This document shows, piece after piece, positions 1-13,803 of a DNA stretch of 64,000 bases (positions within the stretch are counted from its first letter, which is position 1; every line of letters starts with the position of its first letter). Position numbers and translations under genes: made by a program. The DNA is from Oopsacas minuta. Its lineage: Eukaryota > Animalia > Porifera. The notes below the pieces were generated by a model. That model made no database searches, was not told where the DNA came from, and saw nothing but the letters and a program-made list of their open reading frames with translations. The DNA is taken from the NCBI GenBank assembly GCA_024704765.1, contig JAKMXF010000327.1, positions 79,360 through 143,359 of the forward strand. Direction: 5' to 3'.

Positions 1-2044
1 TGGATAGAGCGTTTAAAGCTTGTAGTTGAGCACAAGGGAGACTACTTTGAACATTTATAGTAGCATTTGAGGCTTATCTCACTTATATAATACAAATATT
101 CTAAGAGTTACGAATTAAATGAATACCCTTTGTATATATCAATTATTGTTTGCTTGTTTGTCTGTCAGTTTGTCCGTTGTTAAGGAAATGGTTTATGGCA
201 TGCTATTTTGAATTTCGATAAATATGATGTAAAACTAGTTATGTATTTATCGTATAAAATTCAATATGCGTAATTCAATAGAACTTTGCTAAAATATATT
301 AATATATTCTGAATTCGATTTTCACACATTAGGAATGAATCTTATGTAAATGAATTGGTTGTTTTTATGAGAATAAAGTTAGCAAATTAGACAAATCTGA
401 GAATATCTTGACATAAGCTATGAGGGTACAGGCAAGCAGTTAATACCATTAGTATTAGCATACCAAATGTTGGTTCAGTTGGAACCTGACCAACCGGACC
501 GTCTCCTTCGGCCATGGGGTAATAATCGCAATCTCCTTAATCCCAATTTTTCAAAGTATGTCAGATGTAAATTAATTATTGTTTTTCTTAATAGAATAAC
601 ATTTATCAATTAACTAACGAATACATGATCGCGGACCTAAGGGCAGTCTATTTGGATAATAATGTATACCTCGAGGCGCTTTGCGCCTCGTTATCGCAAA
701 ACCACGAGCTAAAGGCTCATATACCATTAAAATATAATTGATATGATAATTGTTGTACAACTAAGCATAACTATAATGAAACTGTTAGAATTCAAGAATT
801 TACATTCTTTTGGTAATGGAATGCTTTGGACATAAATATTTTGTATAGAAGGATATATTTATGCTCAGAGTGTGCGGATCTCATCTAACAATTGTAATAA
901 ACAGCGATAGATACGCTGGGCCATAAGCTTGCGAGAAAAGTTCAACAATCTTGGATTGGAAGACACATATTAAAAAGGAAAATTACTGTGTAATGCGAAA
1001 ACCACGGGCATAAATGCTGTAGGGACGGAGTCACAGGGTACATATCTAAATGTTACAGGTCCCTCCACATTAATTTGGTAATTAGACAGGCTGGCTCCCA
1101 ACATTGATTATTTAGTGTGGGGACCGGATGCTAGTGCTAAACTCTCTCCGATCCTAGTGAATGTAAGTTTGCACTTATAATTTTCTAAATATTAACATTT
1201 GACATACTTAATTCTAATACAGTACTAGGAATAAATATATTTTATATACATACATAGAGGATTTTTTCCATTCGGAGGGTTTAAATTGAGACTGTCAGTT
1301 ATATTTAAGAATTCCTATAAGCTAAGTCTTTCTATATAATTATGTATTAATTAGAGTTATGATATACCATAGAATTGTAGGAGTCTCACAGATTCTTATT
1401 ATTCTCTCACGGCCGCATATATAGATTTCAATCCATCAAGATTTTATATAATACAAAATGATCTCTGATAAACAAATTCAATTCGAGGGACCGAAGTAGC
1501 AGTTTAAGATACATCGGAATGTTATCTGGCCTATAATATATCGTGGGTATATTCTGTCCTAACTTAGATTATACCTTGGTATAATCTGGGCCTGGTCTGG
1601 ACTAGATGGTTGATCTGTATGAATTTATTATAAGTTAAGTAATCTCAAATATAATATATTCATAAAATTAGCTTAGAAGACACTTGCCCATTGGGTGGTC
1701 AACTTCCTTAGCTCTAACCCGCTATTATAATAGGTTCCCCTATAAATTACAATCTGCGATAAGCCTACTAAATTTGGCCGATAAATTCTCCCAATAGTCT
1801 CAAAATTGGTATCTACATACTACATTTCCCCCTGATTAGCAGTTGAATCGATATCTCTAGCATCATTTTGAATAATCAAGACTTTCTTATTTAACAAACA
1901 CTATTTGTAAATATTCTTTCTTGTACTGATTACACATTTTTTGTATTCTATCTTGATAATTCTTTCTTTCTAACTGTGAAGGCTCTGGGACTATTTTGTG
2001 TAAAGCGTGCTAAATGCTGTGTTTATTATTATTATTATCTATAC

Positions 2045-4229
2045 CAGTGTTTCTCAAAGTGGGCCGTAGAGCCCCTGGAGGGCGCTGTGGGTTATAGAAA
2101 GCGAAACAGAGATACGACCTCACGTCAAAAAGTGGTATCATATTCCTCATTGTTTATTAACAATAGGTGCTAACAAATACTTCAATGATCAAAGCCATTT
2201 ACAGTGGTAATACTCTTGGTGATTATTAACAACAGCTAATCCTTAAAAATGAATGAAGAATTCTTTTGTTATAATGTCTATGGCTTTCCTAATCGAAATA
2301 TAATTATCACTGTTCTTCAAACAAATGTAAACTTCGTAATAGTTAGTAATCTGTTGAATTTCAATATAAATACACACGTAGAAATCTAAACTGGAAGGAA
2401 TTGATCAACTCGATCGAAGAAATGAATAGTAAAAAGAAGTGAAGACAGTATAGTGCTGATTATATCAAATATGGATTTGTTAAATCTCCTTCCAATGAAC
2501 AACTCCTAATTCCAATGTGTTTGTTGTGCGAACAAGTTTTTTTAATGAGGGAATGAGACCATCAAGAATGATTGATCATCTGAAATCGCGCCACAGTGAT
2601 AAGGTAGAGAAAGATGTGCAATTCTTCATTAAATTGAGAGACAGCCGCAAAACAATGGGCGGAATCTTTAGAAAAATAGATAGACAAAACATTGATGGTT
2701 TGGTTGCCTCCTATAACATTTCGTTACTAATTGCAAAATCTGGTAAGCCACATACAATTGGTGAAAAACTCATTTTACCTGCAATCCAGGAAGCAGTTAC
2801 AATTGTCATGCATTCAGATGGGGGAAGTGTGATTAAGTCCATTCCGTTAAGCAATGATACTGTGGCTAGTGATGTTGAGAAAACACTATACAGTATACTT
2901 AAAACAACGGAATTTTCTCTTCAAATTGACGAATCCACATTGCCAGGTAACGAAGCACTGCTCTTTGCATATGTCCGATATATTCTCGAAGGAATAATGT
3001 TTGAAGAAATGTTATTTGCTAGACCACTAGTAACTGATACAAAAGGTGAATCTATCTACAAAGTCATGGAAAATTTCTTTCAGGAAAAGGAAATTCCCAT
3101 GAATAATATCATGCTTGTGCAACAGATGGGGCGCCAGCTATGATTGGTAGGCATCGTGGTTTCATTTCGTACTTGAAGAAGGCTGTGCCTGAGGTTTTCG
3201 CTATTCACTGCGTCGTCTATCGAGAACATTTGGTTGCAAAACATCTAAGTGGTCGCTTGCACAACTCATTATATATCGTCATTACTGTTATTAATAAAAC
3301 CAAAGCTTCCACACTCAAGGAAAGAATATTTCGCCAAATATGTCTCGAATACGAAACAGAATTTGAACGTCTGGCTACATCTGATTTCGCTGCACTGACA
3401 AGCTGCATTAACTGAGGGTTCTCTTCCTCTAAAAATTCTAAAATGCTTACTTGACTGACATTTTTGATAAGTTCGACATAATGAACTTGCAATTACAAGG
3501 TAATTTAGTCACTCTGGTCAAGTGCAAAACTGTTGTCAGCTCCTTCATAGGGAAACTAACGTTATTTAAACAAAATATCGGTTGACGAGAATTTTACCAG
3601 TTTCCTCACCTAGCAGGACTCCAAATTTTAGTGACGATTGCTAGCTTATTGTGAACATCTTGAAGTACTGAAAGCGTATATGATCAAGCGATTCACTGAC
3701 TTGTTGGAACTTGAACCGCCTCATAGGCTAATTGACCCTTTCTGTGTGGATGCCTCAACAGTTCCACTCTATTTGCAGGAAGAGCTGATGGACTTGCAAA
3801 GTGATTGCGAGGAAAAAGCTCATTTTACAATGATGGGGTATGAACGATTTTGGATTGCAGTCGCAGGACGAAATAAATTTCCCAATTTGTGGAAAGTGGC
3901 AAAACTGCTAGTTCTGGCGTTTCCGACATCATATCTCGTTGAGAGAGGTTTTAGTGCAGTCGTTCAATTACTAACGAAGCAAAGAAATAGACTCGATATT
4001 TCTCAATACAGAGATTTGAGATTGCTGCTAACTGATATGAAACCAGATGTAAACGGGATTATCGACGAACATCACGCTCAAGTACACCCTTCTCATTAAT
4101 TGATAAATACTACTTATTATCATTAAACAAATACGAGTGTAGAAAATATTTAGACTTTCTGGAGGGGGGCGGTATCGAGGGAATATTGTTGACAAGGGGC
4201 GCTGTCCGGAAAAAATTTGAGAAACACTG
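2045..4229 (+). mobile_element. hAT (Buster/ZBED5-SCAND3-like) DNA transposon, defective
   Basis: Perfect 14-bp TIR CAGTGTTTCTCAAA (2045) / TTTGAGAAACACTG (ends 4229). 8-bp flanks ATCTATAC vs ATCTTTAC (7/8), with the Buster-type central TA in the left copy. Confidence 0.92.
2422..4099 (+). pseudogene. Buster-type hAT transposase pseudogene (stops and frameshifts)
   Basis: Starts MNSKKK*RQYSADYIKYGF. ORF pieces 2517-3143, 3140-3415 and 3638-4099 carry KPHTIGEKLILPA, FSLQIDEST, HCVVYREHL and the dimerisation motif FPTSYLVERGFS. Confidence 0.9.
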
Positions 4230-4411
4230 ATCTTTACTATTAAAACGCAATTAATCTGTATATATAGAGAAGGGTGCCTCAGTTGCCTCTTTTATTAGAA
4301 AACTTAACTCGCTTGCTACTATCTATGTTCCCAATGCGTATTGATTCACCATATCGTATTTGAATGGAATCCAATATGATCTAGTAGTACTGCAATAGTT
4401 TTTAGAAAAGA

Positions 4412-4665
4412 TGCTAGATTTTTGTGCCTTTTGTTCGATTTTCTACCCAATTTGGTGAGAAATGAAGTTTGATCATGCCTAGAGATCTGAAAAATTGGAA
4501 TTGTGTAGTAATCTGTCAAGATTGGTTATCGAATAATGTTTTTCACCGAAAAGAACCCTCCTCCAAACTACTCACTCCCAAGTTTTCAGATATCTAGACA
4601 TGATCAAACTACATTATTCATCAAAAATTGGACGAAAACCGTACAAAAAGCACAAAAAGTCAGCA
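4412..4665. repeat. Imperfect inverted repeat (about 88-bp arms, about 78-bp spacer), foldback/MITE-like
   Basis: 4412-4498 is the approximate reverse complement of 4578-4665 (shared core TTTGATCATG-CTAGA-ATCTGAAAA). Confidence 0.65.
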
Positions 4666-4694
4666 CAATTACAAAACCCCCAGGGCTGATTATT

Positions 4695-5201
4695 TGACAT
4701 ACAGGGGTATTTTTGGGCCCCCCCTCCCATACCTATGACGAAATTATGACGTCATTACCACTTTTTGGATTTTCGAAAAATCACATTATTAACCACTGCT
4801 CAATATACTTGATAGAGATTGAAATTTAAATCACAATGCACCCTCAATGTGACAAATATTCTGACGTCATGATTCTGACCAAAAGCTAATTCATCATGGG
4901 ATTATTACGTCATAATGACTGTAATAAAATCCAATTTTTGAGCATTTCATACTACTACATAGACACGAAGTGCTCAGAATACTAACCTAAAGCCACGTAA
5001 GAGTATCCAGTATTGTTTCCACAGGCCATAAATGGAATTTGGATGGACCATGGATAATATAAAATTAATATTTCCACAAATAACTAACCCGGAGGCACAT
5101 AGTGCTGAGTATATCTCGTCGCGTAGCGACCAAAGCATCAAAAAATGTAGCTGTTTAATGTTTAAGCTAAGCTGAGGCCCTAAGCAGTCGAAGCGGGCTA
5201 G
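4695..5201 (+). repeat. Single-arm copy of the foldback repeat family also at 54590-55811, ending in a CGAAGCGGGCTAG Helitron-like terminus
   Basis: 4695-4935 aligns by eye with 55155-55410 (GACGAAATTATGACGTCATT...CCTCAATGTGACAAAT...ATTCTGACCAAAAGC). 5030-5201 aligns with 55640-55811. Confidence 0.75.
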
Positions 5202-5667
5202 ATATTATAAATAATGTAGAAATAGATTTGAAAATGTCAAAATTGGAATATATAAATCCGAATAACCCTGGCCAATAGTTGAAACGAATTCTCAGCATCG
5301 TTTTGAAATATTTCAAAAAGGTGTTAAAATATGATTAATCAAATGATAAATGTGTGAATTAGTTACTTACGAGCTCTGAAAATCTCAGAATTAGAATATA
5401 CGCACCCAATTACCCCTGACAACAAATTAAAACCTAATCTCCAGATTGCTTTTTAATTTTACATAGAAGGGTGTGAAAATATGATTAATTACCAAAATGG
5501 TGCGAAAATTTCACTTTAGAAAAAATTCATCCCCAAGGTGCAAATCCCCGACCCAAAATGTATATGTGTACCAATTTATGCTAATCGGAATGCTAGATTT
5601 CGGACGGCCGCGGAAACGGAGGCACGGACTGACGTACTTCTGTCGTACATCGTCCATGTCATTAGGG

Positions 5668-5767
5668 CAGCGGTTCCCAACCTAGGGTCCATGGACCAAT
5701 GGTGGTCCACAGAATGTATTAAAATTGGTATAGGGGGTCCACGGGTGAAAATGGTCGCTCACCGCTG
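5668..5767. mobile_element. 100-bp hAT (Buster-type) MITE
   Basis: Ends CAGCGGT / ACCGCTG. Perfect 8-bp TSD CATTAGGG at 5660-5667 and 5768-5775. Confidence 0.8.
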
Positions 5768-6110
5768 CATTAGGGCATCTCTCTATATGAGCTGTACTAA
5801 AAAATTATCCAGCCGAAAGATGGCCATATAATTTTCATGATTAGAATAGTGAAAATTCGTGCTGGAGGTATTACTAGACATTTGATAGAATTAAACTGGG
5901 GCCTCTCTAATTGTCCATCAGTGGGCATCGGCGTCCGAAGAGGAAATTAAAGAACCTTCTGGACAATTAGAGAATTCTAAGTGAATAAATATTACGAGAT
6001 TTATGTGTGAACAAGTGGACAATTAGGAACCCGCTGTAGCTACAAATTTGAGAACCGTCATGATATAATTTCTGTGATTTCCAAGGCTTTCAAATCAAAA
6101 TTCAAAGGTA

Positions 6111-6820
6111 ATTTTCGTGATCTGCATCAAATTTTCAGCAGTTTGATACATATTGACCATATATGGAGGGATTTTGCCTAGCAACGCAATATTTACCAAG
6201 GAATGTGATAACATTCCATTCTCAATACTTGTGATAATTAGATACAATATAAAACGTTTATCCCCATGGCTAACGAGTCGTTAATGATTCAGGATTAATC
6301 ACAAGATGTAGGATAATCTTAGACTATTCACATTTACAATTTTCTTTACATTTTCTCATACAGTCGAAACCGGTTTTTCTAATATTTCTTTGGAGGAAAA
6401 TAAAGTAAGATAAAACAGATGGAAAATTTATGCAAATTCCACATTCTTTGCAATCTGAGCAAGATAAAATCGTTAGAATAAAACGAGTCCGCTTTCAACT
6501 ATACATATTTGGACCAGCTGAGATAAATCAATTCATAGTTACGATTTATTAACAAGACGATAAAATCGTGTATTTATGTAAGTATACGTATGAGAAATAT
6601 CAATAAAATTAGGGGACCACAGAGATCGATGTAATAAAATCGATTTATGCATGAATAGACTCGGCCTAGCGGCGTCGAACAAGGGGTCACTTGATGGATT
6701 TGTGAAAAAATGGAATGTTCTCATATTTTCTGAGGAATTTTTGCGTTGCTAGGGAAAATCCATCCAAATATGGCCAATATGTACATCAAACTGCTGGAAA
6801 TTTGATGCTGAGCACGAATA
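6111..6820. mobile_element. Non-autonomous element with about 78-bp imperfect terminal inverted repeats
   Basis: 6111-6189 is the approximate reverse complement of 6741-6820 (TTGCGTTGCTAGG-AAAATCC-TCCA-ATATGG-CAATATGTA). No TSD identified. Confidence 0.6.
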
Positions 6821-9065
6821 TGATCATAAAAAGTTGAGGTGAAAACAATTGAATTAGTTAGCCTACTTTTACAACACTGGCGATTATTATTGTGCACCAA
6901 GTTTAGACTCCGAAATTTTCAATTTCTGGGAGTCTGTTTGTAGTAGACATTTAGTCTGTTGATTAATACAGCTAGTAGATGACCGCGTTTGTTGGAATTT
7001 ATTAGGGGTTAAATCCTATTTTGACTCGACTATATTCTTAATAAATACTCATAAGTTCATAGTTAATACAGTAGAACTCGGTTGGTACTTGCTTTCCACC
7101 TAAACGAATTATATCAGCAATCCTTGGATTACTCGTAAAGGAAGAATATTCGGATAAGATGTGCTTCTGTTAGTAATGATTCTTGCTTCCTGAGGCAGTA
7201 TGTCTTATCCGAGTCCTACTGTATATTACTACTCTGTTACACTTTCTCCCTTGAGCTATAAAACTCCCATAAATCCTCTCTTGATGGCTAATAGAGCTCA
7301 CCGACGTGTGTTGGACCCCCTATGTTTACCTATTATTTATAGTTAACATGCTAATATAGACTTGTCTTATAAGTACAAGAGCATTCCAGTCCTGTCCAGT
7401 GGATTCCAACTATAGACCCAGTTTCCCAAAAACACTCTATAACCGAACATGTAAGAATATAGGTTAATCGCTTAATGCATATTTTTTGAATCTGTTGAGC
7501 ATGAGTAACATACAGCAGAGCATTTATGAATAAACTATTATGTCTATTTGGTCATGTCTCAGGTGTTTGATGATAATATCATGATTCGACGAAAAAATAA
7601 TAATAATAGACCCTAAGCGCCACCTGCAAACTATCTCATCAACCTTAGACATTCTTGACGTAACCATGTAAAATTAACACAATATTGCGATGAATAAATA
7701 ATGAAAGCTCCATATTAGTAACTAGGTGAAGGTTAGAATTTCATTAGTCGGTTATATCGTAGCATTCCATTCCAATAATTTCAATTATATAATTATACAT
7801 AATGTATGTTATAATCTTCTTTGTTCAATGAATTGATATAATCATATATGTTCAGCTGAGCTTTGTTTTCGTAAGTTCAAAGTGGATAAAACAGAAGCTA
7901 GAACTACGCTTTTAGAGCCGCAGTGATATGTTATACTATCTTGTCCTTGTTCGAAGTATTTTCTACAAATTTGACTTGGTAGCATTCTATATTCTAACAA
8001 ACATTTAGCTGATCGCTTCGGAGTAAAATATAATGTCCATATGTATGTTCCTTTTTGGGCGGTATTTATGTGATTCATATTTAGTTAAATTGAGAGCAAG
8101 TCTCTAAGTATAATTCGAAAATAATTAATGCAATGTACGTGTAGTCGTGTAAAGTAATTTTTACTGTTCCCGTGTAATAGCCCAGATTATACCTCCTTCC
8201 TAGAATATAAAACTTTCCGGGTCATGGACAATTACCATCGGGTGTGCACTGAGGGTCACGATCTAACACCCTATACTACTTTTTATTTTTCCCATAGAGA
8301 TTGTATTAGTTTATATTGACTGTTGAATACTAGGACCAAAATCGAAGTAGTACAGTATATGACGGTACATGCTAATAAATCCTAAGAAGCTTAGTACACT
8401 TAGATTTTTGGTTCTTTTGAAGTTTGTGAGAAAACAAAATTCGAAGCCACGAATTTTCTGACACAGAAGAGGATGAATTAGAATTATTAGATATTATTTG
8501 ATTTAACATAAATAAATAAGGAGGACACGAAACGATTCTACCAGTTAGAATCTTAAGTCAACCATAAACATTGCAACGATAAAATTGGATGCAACAAGGC
8601 AACATATATATACACACAGGTAGGACATTGTTGCATGGATTAATTAAATTTTGATACAACATAGTTTCAGGAAAATAGAAAATGTTCCTATCTCCATGCA
8701 ACAGGATTCTTGCAAATTAGATGAGAGCACCAATTAAATGCTGAATAATGCATTCAACTTATGCAAAATAAGTGGAATTTACAAAATCGACATAACAAAT
8801 GCATTAACATAGTTTTTTTCGGTTTAATAGACAAGGCTCCTTGCCCATATGCCAGAAGTCTGGTTGCGGCAGGGAAGCATTCAATCCAGATATTTCAAAA
8901 TACTTGATCACTCTATTTCAGAAAAAGCTATTAACCTTTTGATAATAACCGATTTTCAGACAAAAGCACTGTAAATTAAGCAAAATTATGAAACATATCC
9001 ATTCAAATACATAAAATACTAAATACATTTTATGTTGCCAATAAAATCAGATTATGATAAATATT

Positions 9066-10106
9066 TCATTTTGAACCAGGCAAGAAGTCTTGTATTAGTT
9101 TGTTGACATCTCCGGGAGAATCTTGCTGGAGCCAGTGACTTCCCTGTATCGTTTGTACCACTGCTTGCTCTACATATTTATCATAGCCAAACTTGCACTC
9201 TTCTGAGAAGAATTTATCGGAATCTCCGAATAATACTAGCGTAGGCACTTTGATACGATTTCTTGCAGATGGAACAGCTGGCCGTGGCTTCTTAAAAATA
9301 CGCCTATAGTAGTTAAGAGGACAAGTGAATGCTGCTGGTTGAGAGAAGGTATAAAGAAATGCTTGTAAATCGTCAAAAGACATGTTATCTCCGTTCAACA
9401 TCCCACCATACTTAGGATTTAATAATAGAGTTTTCAGAATAAGATAATCATTAGAACTCAACCAATTCTCAGCAAACCATGGGATTTGGAAAGGTAGCAT
9501 GTACCATGGTTTGAAACTAGTTTTTATGTCCCTATTGATAGCATCAAAGTACACTCTACCTAGAGGACAAGATAATATTATTAGTTTACTGAACAGATCA
9601 GGCCTCTTGAATACAGCTTGCCAAGCAACTGCTCCACCCCAATCATGCCCAATAAGAACACAGGAGGTATAACCTAAGGCTGCCACCAGCTCTATTATCT
9701 CCGAGGATATAATGTCTATACCATACTGATCCTGTTGGGGAGGTTTGTCACTCTCCCCATACCCCTTCAAGTCTACAGCTACGACTCTATACTGTAGCTT
9801 AAAGTGGATTATCTGAAAGCGCCACGAGTACCAGAATTCAGGGAATCCATGCAATAGCAGCAGTAAAGGTGCATTATTTGCTCCACTAGATACACAATGT
9901 AGTTTGTTATTATTAACAGTTACGAATGAATGATCTCCATAAGCTGGATCTTGTAGACATGGGGGCGAGGGATAAATTAGACGTGCTCTAAACCATAAAG
10001 ATGGATGAAACAGAAAGTAGAGGAAAGAATATGATAAAAGATATATTGTCTTTACTGCAGAATACGAAATAGCTATAAAGAGCCGTAAGATCTTAGAGAT
10101 AGTCAT
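9066..10106 (-). CDS. EPHX4: Alpha/beta-fold epoxide hydrolase, EPHX3/EPHX4 (ABHD9/ABHD7)-like, single exon, 346 aa
   Basis: HGFPE oxyanion motif, DLKGYGESDKP, nucleophile GHDWGGAVAW, NYYR tyrosine, catalytic His in SHWLQQD, hydrophobic N-terminal anchor. Orthology to EPHX4 versus EPHX3 is not resolvable here. Confidence 0.85.
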   Translation of the reverse strand: MTISKILRLFIAISYSAVKTIYLLSYSFLYFLFHPSLWFRARLIYPSPPCLQDPAYGDHSFVTVNNNKLHCVSSGANNAPLLLLLHGFPEFWYSWRFQIIHFKLQYRVVAVDLKGYGESDKPPQQDQYGIDIISSEIIELVAALGYTSCVLIGHDWGGAVAWQAVFKRPDLFSKLIILSCPLGRVYFDAINRDIKTSFKPWYMLPFQIPWFAENWLSSNDYLILKTLLLNPKYGGMLNGDNMSFDDLQAFLYTFSQPAAFTCPLNYYRRIFKKPRPAVPSARNRIKVPTLVLFGDSDKFFSEECKFGYDKYVEQAVVQTIQGSHWLQQDSPGDVNKLIQDFLPGSK

Positions 10107-12688
10107 GAAAATCTAAATGTTTATCAATGATTATGAGCACTTGGCTGAAAACTAATTAGAATTTTTGATCTGATAAATCTAAACAGTGAGCTACGAGTTC
10201 AAATAATGTTGACAGAGAGAGTTTGATCTACGTACGATAAACTATTCTTGGTCTTTTTATAGAAAATAATATTACTAAATCGTATATCTCACGTGAGATT
10301 TTTCACAAATCTTTGAGTGAAACCCATAAAAAAATTTTAGGCCAACCGATCCTCTAGAATTGCATACAGGGTAGTCACCACGGTGAGCATAGGGGGCAAT
10401 GCCCCTGGGAAACCCCCAACCAAAAACTATTTTGCGGGCCAACCGGGAATCACTCCCATCATTATTCGCATTAAGTTGCTTAGCACAACTCAGCAGTCTC
10501 AGGTTACTGTTTTGAATTGTCACAAGTTACCAATTTGGAAATACTTAGGAATAGCATAGTTTCTCCGGGAATTTTGTTTTTGCGGGCCGACTAGTCCAAT
10601 CGCGGACCGCAGGCGGGCTGTGGCCGGGTTTACTATATATTGCGGGCTTCGAGTTGGGCCGCGGTTAGAAATTTAGGCCTGTGTGCAACTCTGGCACGGC
10701 CCACGGGCAAATATAAAAAGTGATATTTTAACATCTTATTACATGGCAGTAAAGGACGGTCTGGTTGGTCAAGTTTCAACCGGACCAACATTTGGACTTC
10801 TAAGAGAAATAGTAATACTCTGTCTGTATTAGTCAACCGGACCAACCTTGGTGGCTCTATATATTTCGTATTGGTCAACCCGACCAATTGAAATCTACTT
10901 TACTTGCCTTCTACTCGCGACTAATTTTACAAAACAGATTCACCTTTTACTATTTGGAATAGTTACCTACATTCATTGAATCTACAGACTGTATGAAATT
11001 ACATTACAAGTAATAACAGTATAATCCTAATAGCCCATAGCCATGGATAATCCAATTATAAATCATTGAGAATTGGAAACAGTAGCGTATCTATGATTTT
11101 GATACTGAGGAAGGGGCAAGACACAATCTTGTGGGTGCTTAAAATTTGACCCAAAAATGCTGAAAGAACGAATAAGAACATCTCAGAACTTATTTTCTAA
11201 CTAATCACCCAGCAAATATGGAAATGTAATTTCCTCACATCAATTACCTTAAATAGGATCTGATATTATTATGAGTTAATTATAGCTTTCTATAATAATT
11301 GATATATGAACAAATATGTATAAATGGAGATTTACCCTCCTACGAGCCTTTGGCTCGTCGCTTCGCGATGAACTCGTAGCATTGCGACTCGAGGTATTCA
11401 ATGGACAAACAACAGACAAACGACAATTGAGATTTAATAATTTTGATGTTGTTTACAATATCATATTTGGACTCAGCATACTCAAATACCCAGGATAGTC
11501 GTTGAAAGTATGATTCTACACAATTTTGAATTTGTTTACTTTATATTCATAAAAACAACAATAAATTTACATATGATTAATCCAAAAGTGTGAAAATCGG
11601 ATTCAACATGTTCGATATATTTAGTGAAGTTTTATTCAATTCTATTACTTCCTTGATAAACACGATAAATACATAGTTATGCGACAATTTCAAAATTGCA
11701 TACCATAAATCCTTTCCTTGACAACGGACAAACAAACAGACAACAACTGAGATTTAATAATCTAGATTAACGCGACGAGCGTCGAATTCATAAACAATGA
11801 GTCAACAATTGTTGAATATATTATTTATCAAAGTTGAATACACCAGATATATAACTAAACCATGAAATATTACATGATAAATGAAGATATGATACCTGTC
11901 ACGAAATATTTGGTCCCGCTGGATCAAAATGTTAGCTCCAGATAAGCAGTTAACAGCCAAAAATAACTGAGGGTTAACAGCTTAAGCTAAATAAAATTTC
12001 AATTTGCCTATCTCTTGGCATAGGGGACAATCAGGTTGTTTAGGTTTCCACCTAGACCAACATTTGGGCTGGTTACACACAAAATATTATCAACCAGAGC
12101 AACATGATATATTTGTATAGGTTAACTTGACAAATTTTGAATTGCTTGTTACGGCCTCTCTCTAAATATATTACCTGAATTGAGAGGTCAAATTGCTTGT
12201 TAGCAGTTTGATTTAGGCTTTAACTGCAATAATTTGGTTTTAAAGGCTAAAATAACTGCAAAATCAAATCTGTGCACTGTCAATAATGGGCTGTTGACAG
12301 TATTTTGACCATCCCTGCTCATACATAACATATTTAGTAAGTGTGGCTGCATAAATATGTATCAGAAAGATTGTGAAATGAGCCTCTAAAAAAGGGGTGG
12401 GCACTAAGGATTGGGACCATAAATCATGGTCAGGTTGGCATATTTAAATCAGGCCTGATAGAGTGTGTAGAGAAGAATGTACTGTTCAGATAAACGCATG
12501 TAAAAGTTAAGACAAGCAAATTCCTGACTAAGGCAAGAATGATCAAATTTATGTGTCATATTCCTACAATAATTTCTTAGATTCCTGAACATACAGCATG
12601 GTGTCGACAGACAAATAGATAGTTTTCTATGATTAATATAGAAATATCAATCTGAATGGAAGGAATTATATACAGATAAGATAATAAA

Positions 12689-13803
12689 TTAAAATTTTCT
12701 ATATACAAGAGAAGGTCCATATTCCTCATACTCATCATGTGATATACATATTTTATAGAAGTCTGTGAATGATGCTAGAATTGATCCTCCAATCCAAGTA
12801 CTGAAATTCCTTTCAGGAGGAGCTAAATCTTAACTTGCTCATTAGCTAACTTGGTTAGTTCCTTCTGAATACGGTCCGAGTATCCATAGAACATTGTGTT
12901 ACCTCCAGATAGGAAAATATTTTTGAAGAAGTATTTACGTAAGCCTATATCACACTTCATAATAGAACTATAGACTAGATCTTGTAATCCACAAGCACTC
13001 TTTCCTATCAGAGAAGGTCTGAAGATTGGTTCTGTACAACGAAATCTCTCATCCCCAATAGTTATCACTCGCCCATCAGGTAACTCATAATTTTTCTCCA
13101 CTGTATCATCTGGTTTACTAGACTCTAACTCTTGATCAAAGTCTAGAGCCACATAACTCAATTTCTCCTTAATGTCACGAACTACCTCTCGCTCTGCTGA
13201 CGTTGTGAATAAGTAACCACGCATACGCAGCATTTCCACCAAGTAGTCAGTCAAGTCGTTACCAACTGCAATATTCTGATGTTGTGTTGCATTAGTGCAT
13301 GCATGTTTCTTGAAGATAGGGACAACATGAGACACACCTGCTCCAGAGTCAATTACGAGTCCTGTAGTGCGACCAGAAGAATAGAGAGATAGTATAGGAT
13401 GGATACACTGATGGAGAAATGGAATGTTGAAGGTTTCAAACATTATCTGACATATTTTCTCTTGGTTAGATTTCGGGTTGAAAGGTGATTCTGTCAGGAG
13501 AACTCCGCATTTTGCTGGTGTTACACGTAACTCATTATAGAACATATGATGCCAGATATGCTCCATATCATCCCAGTTATTAACTATACCATGCTTTATG
13601 GGATAAGTTAGTAGGATGCCATTCCTAAACTGAGAATCATTTCCAACATAGACACGATCCAAACCGATAACATTGTGACGATGTCTCCCCACAATAGCTG
13701 GGAAGACAGCACGGGGTGCATCATCTCCAGCAAACCCTGCCTTAATCATTGCGGAACCGTTATCTATCACTAAAATATCATCAACCTCTTCCTTACTGGT
13801 CAT
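12689..13803 (-). CDS. Divergent actin / actin-related protein interrupted by a single 1-nt frameshift near 12825 (371 aa if repaired)
   Basis: ORF 12823-13803 has [39 protein letters not shown] and LSGGNTMF. The -1 frame continues [44 protein letters not shown] to the stop at 12689. Confidence 0.88.

Noticed and set aside
1050-1833. Possible LTR with polypurine tract (minus-strand AGGGGGAAA followed by TGTAG at 1824)
   Set aside because: No second LTR, TSD or recognisable gag/pol sequence nearby.
2440-2442. In-frame TGA in the Buster transposase as selenocysteine or readthrough
   Set aside because: The same ORF has several other stops and frameshifts; it is simply decayed.
7165-7460. Possible solo LTR (TG start, TATAAAA)
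   Set aside because: No definable CA end or TSD; insufficient support.
12820-12832. Programmed ribosomal frameshift in the actin-like gene
   Set aside because: It would need a -1 shift, but there is no X XXY YYZ slippery heptamer; a 1-nt deletion or consensus error is simpler.
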